Position numbers and translations under genes: made by a program. From Candidatus Aenigmatarchaeota archaeon (GTDB lineage Archaea; Aenigmatarchaeota; Aenigmatarchaeia; QMZP01; QMZT01), in the NCBI GenBank assembly GCA_043808015.1, contig JAZDFI010000015.1:1-16437 (forward strand): a DNA stretch of 16,437 nt. The letters run 5' to 3'. Shown here one piece after another: positions 13,823-16,437 of this stretch (position 1 is the stretch's first letter; each line of letters starts with the position of its first letter). The notes under the pieces are model-generated. The model ran no database searches, was not told the DNA's origin, and was given only the letters and a program-made list of their open reading frames with translations.

Positions 13823-16437
13823 ATGGAAAGATACGACCCACGCAAAATACAGGAAGAAGTGATGCAGTTCTGGCTAGAGAACAGAATACCGGACCAGATA
13901 GTCAACTTCGACATGAAGACGCTCGACGTGAAACGAACGAAGTACTACCTGCTGGACGGCCCGCCATATGTGAATGGAGTGCCGCACGTGGGCCACGTCA
14001 AGACGACGACGACGAAAGACATATGGTCCAAGTTCAAGACCATGCAGGGCCACCTGAGCTGGTGGCAGCCCGGTTTCGATTGTGGCGGCCTGCCCATCGA
14101 GCATGCGGTCGAGAAGAAGCTGGGCGTGAAGTCGAAGAAGGACATCACCGAGCGCATAGGCATAGACAGGTTCATAGCCGAGTGCAAGGCCATGGCCGAA
14201 GGCAATAAAAGCGTTTGGCTGGACACATACAAGCAGCTGGGCGCGTGGCGCGGATGGCTCGAGCCTTACATGACATACAGGAATTATTATCTCGAAAGCG
14301 GATGGTGGACCGTCAAGAAGATGTGGGAGAAGGGAATGCTGGTCGAGGGAGAAAAACCGGTATTCTGGTGCCCGAGATGCGAGACGACGCTTTCAGGCTA
14401 CGAGGTGACGGATTCCTACACTGACATAACGGACTTCTCGATTTACGTAAAGTTCCCGCTGGTCGACCAGGATTTCACTTCGATAATCATATGGACCACG
14501 ACGCCATGGACGTTACCAGCGAATGTGGCGATAGCCGTCCATCCCGACGAAACGTATGTCAAAGTCAAGGTGAGAAGCGAGTATCTCATTCTCGCAGAAA
14601 AGCGCCTCAAGGACGTGATGAAGGACGCTGGAATAGAGAAATACGAGATTGTCGAGAAGATGAAAGGTTCGTCGCTTGCAGGCATGAAATACGAACCGGC
14701 AATACAGATTCCGCTGCAGGACGAGCTGAAGAAGAACGAGAACGCGCACCAGATTATTCTTTCAATTCATTTGTTCAAGAAAGGCATTTCAGGCAAACTG
14801 CTCGCAAAGGCGGCCATGAAGGCCGAGGAAGAAAAGGAAAATATGGAAGAGTTCGTGACCATGGACACGGGCAGCGGATGCGTGCACACTGCTCCGGGAC
14901 ACGGAGAAACCGACTTCCGAGTCGGCGAGCACTACAAGCTGCCTAAGCCGTCGCCAGTCGATGATGAGGGTAAGCTGACCAGCGACACGGGCGAGTTCGC
15001 TGGTTTGTTCGTCAAGGACGCTGACAAGCTCATAATAGAATATCTGGAAGAGCGCGGCCGGCTGCTGAAAACGCTGAAGGTCACGCACTCGTACCCGTTA
15101 TGCTGGAGATGCAAGACGCCGCTCATTTACAGGCTCAGCAAGCAGTGGTTCCTGACGGTCGACGTGATAAAGGAGCGCATGCTCAAGGAAAACAAGAGCG
15201 TGAAATGGCTTCCCGAGTTCGCCGGAGAACGCTTCGAAAAATGGCTCGAGAACGCGAACGACTGGGCAGTATCGGTCCAGCGATTCTGGGGCATACCATT
15301 GCCCATCTGGATATGCGATTCTTGTGGCCATAAAGACGTGATCGGCTCGCGCAAGGAGCTGCGAGAAAAAGCGGTCGAAAAGGTAGATGAAGAAGTCGAC
15401 CTGCACAAGAATTCGGTGGACAAGATTCATCTCAAATGCTCGCAGTGCGGCAAACACATGACGCGCGTGCCGGACACCATGAATGTCTGGTTCGACTCGG
15501 GCATTTCGCCGTGGGCTTCGCTGGGCTACCCGCTGAAGAACAAGTCGACATTCGATGCGCTCTGGCCGGTTGACATGATTTGCGAGTCGCAGGACCAGAT
15601 AAGGGGATGGTTCTATTCCCTGATGTTCTGCGGCGTAGGCGCTTTCGACAAAAAGCCATACAACGCGGTCAGCATGACCGGATGGACTCTCGACGAGAAA
15701 GGGGAGAAGATGTCGAAATCGCTGGGGAACGTCGTTTACGCCGAGGATGCGCTGAAGGCCGTCGAAGCAGACGTGCTGCGCCTTTACTACTGCTGGTCCG
15801 TCGCCCCGTGGGAGACGCAGTTATTCTCGCTTAAAATCGCGAAAGAGCTGCGCCGAGTGCTCGACGTGCTCTGGAACACGAGCGTGTTCGCCGAGAGCTA
15901 CGCGGACACGAAGATAACCGGGGAGAAAATACATTTCAAGAATCTCGCCCTCGAGGATAAATGGATAATCTCGCGCCTCAACTCACTCATAAAGTCCACC
16001 ACGGACGACCTGGAAAACTTCAGGCTCCACTACGTGGGCAAGAACTTCGAGGACTTCGTGCTCAACGACTTCTCGCGCTGGTACATCAAGCTGATTCGAG
16101 ACAGGCTTTCGCCGTGGTACGAAGGTGAAGACAAGCGCACTGCGCAGTTCACCGTGCTTTACGTGCTGGAGAATCTCGTCAGGCTGATGGCGCCTGTCAC
16201 ACCGTTCGTGACTGAGATGATTTACAGGAAGCTGTTCTATTTGAAAGGCAGGCCGCTCTCGGTCCACCTGTGCGCGTGGCCTAAAGCCGACGACGGCCTC
16301 GTGGAGAAAGACATAGAGGATTTCATGGTTCTCGCGAAGACGGCGATAGAGGCCGCTAACTCGCTCCGCCAGAAGACCGAGATAAAGCTGAAGTGGCCCG
16401 TGTCAGAGCTGGTAATCGCGGCGAATGGCGAGGCGGC
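13823..16437 (+). CDS. ileS: Isoleucyl-tRNA synthetase, 3' end runs off the window
   Basis: Not in the ORF track. ATG 13823 MERYDPRKIQEE...LLDGPPYVNGVPHVGH (HIGH motif), WTTTPWTLPAN, HTAPGHG, VQRFWGIPLP, DQIRGWFYSL; KMSKS (Met codon at 15710) is in the same frame. Confidence 0.96.
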   Translation, partial: MERYDPRKIQEEVMQFWLENRIPDQIVNFDMKTLDVKRTKYYLLDGPPYVNGVPHVGHVKTTTTKDIWSKFKTMQGHLSWWQPGFDCGGLPIEHAVEKKLGVKSKKDITERIGIDRFIAECKAMAEGNKSVWLDTYKQLGAWRGWLEPYMTYRNYYLESGWWTVKKMWEKGMLVEGEKPVFWCPRCETTLSGYEVTDSYTDITDFSIYVKFPLVDQDFTSIIIWTTTPWTLPANVAIAVHPDETYVKVKVRSEYLILAEKRLKDVMKDAGIEKYEIVEKMKGSSLAGMKYEPAIQIPLQDELKKNENAHQIILSIHLFKKGISGKLLAKAAMKAEEEKENMEEFVTMDTGSGCVHTAPGHGETDFRVGEHYKLPKPSPVDDEGKLTSDTGEFAGLFVKDADKLIIEYLEERGRLLKTLKVTHSYPLCWRCKTPLIYRLSKQWFLTVDVIKERMLKENKSVKWLPEFAGERFEKWLENANDWAVSVQRFWGIPLPIWICDSCGHKDVIGSRKELREKAVEKVDEEVDLHKNSVDKIHLKCSQCGKHMTRVPDTMNVWFDSGISPWASLGYPLKNKSTFDALWPVDMICESQDQIRGWFYSLMFCGVGAFDKKPYNAVSMTGWTLDEKGEKMSKSLGNVVYAEDALKAVEADVLRLYYCWSVAPWETQLFSLKIAKELRRVLDVLWNTSVFAESYADTKITGEKIHFKNLALEDKWIISRLNSLIKSTTDDLENFRLHYVGKNFEDFVLNDFSRWYIKLIRDRLSPWYEGEDKRTAQFTVLYVLENLVRLMAPVTPFVTEMIYRKLFYLKGRPLSVHLCAWPKADDGLVEKDIEDFMVLAKTAIEAANSLRQKTEIKLKWPVSELVIAANGEA

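Noticed and set aside
13874-16267. Many short ORFs suggesting a fragmented region
   Set aside because: All lie within the ileS frame from 13823, whose HIGH and KMSKS motifs are in frame; no intein or frameshift was seen.

Overview
Archaeal chromosomal window. The archaeal call rests on a tRNA with a BHB intron, TATA boxes spaced for leaderless starts, an FtsZ2-type ftsZ, an archaeal-type ScpA and IleRS; a DPANN-like lineage is my inference. Gene order: partial aldehyde dehydrogenase (-), ftsZ (-), a divergent ribbon-helix-helix gene (+), an AT-rich free-standing HTH-LAGLIDADG gene (+) whose stop lies inside tRNA-Ala(GGC), cysteine synthase (-), a secreted transglutaminase-like protein (-), scpA (-), DUF59/SufT, a SAM methyltransferase, pgk, bacterial-type gap, a 29-aa basic ORF, nnrD and an iron-sulfur flavoprotein (all +), a zinc-ribbon and a small membrane protein (-), and partial ileS (+). 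The tRNA carries a 38-nt intron at non-canonical position 45/46. The most striking unannotated signal is the ~350-bp region upstream of cysteine synthase. It holds two tandem mini-ORFs ending in cysteine clusters (MVKKKSAKKKESGCSCC and MTTANGITEKRTLARNFSSCCCR), each with its own TATA box and downstream U-tracts. A third, out-of-frame micro-ORF (MKKGERLC*) holds the only strong Shine-Dalgarno. Together these suggest a cysteine-sensing, leader-peptide attenuation system in an archaeon. No database searches were possible, so family calls rest on recognised motifs.
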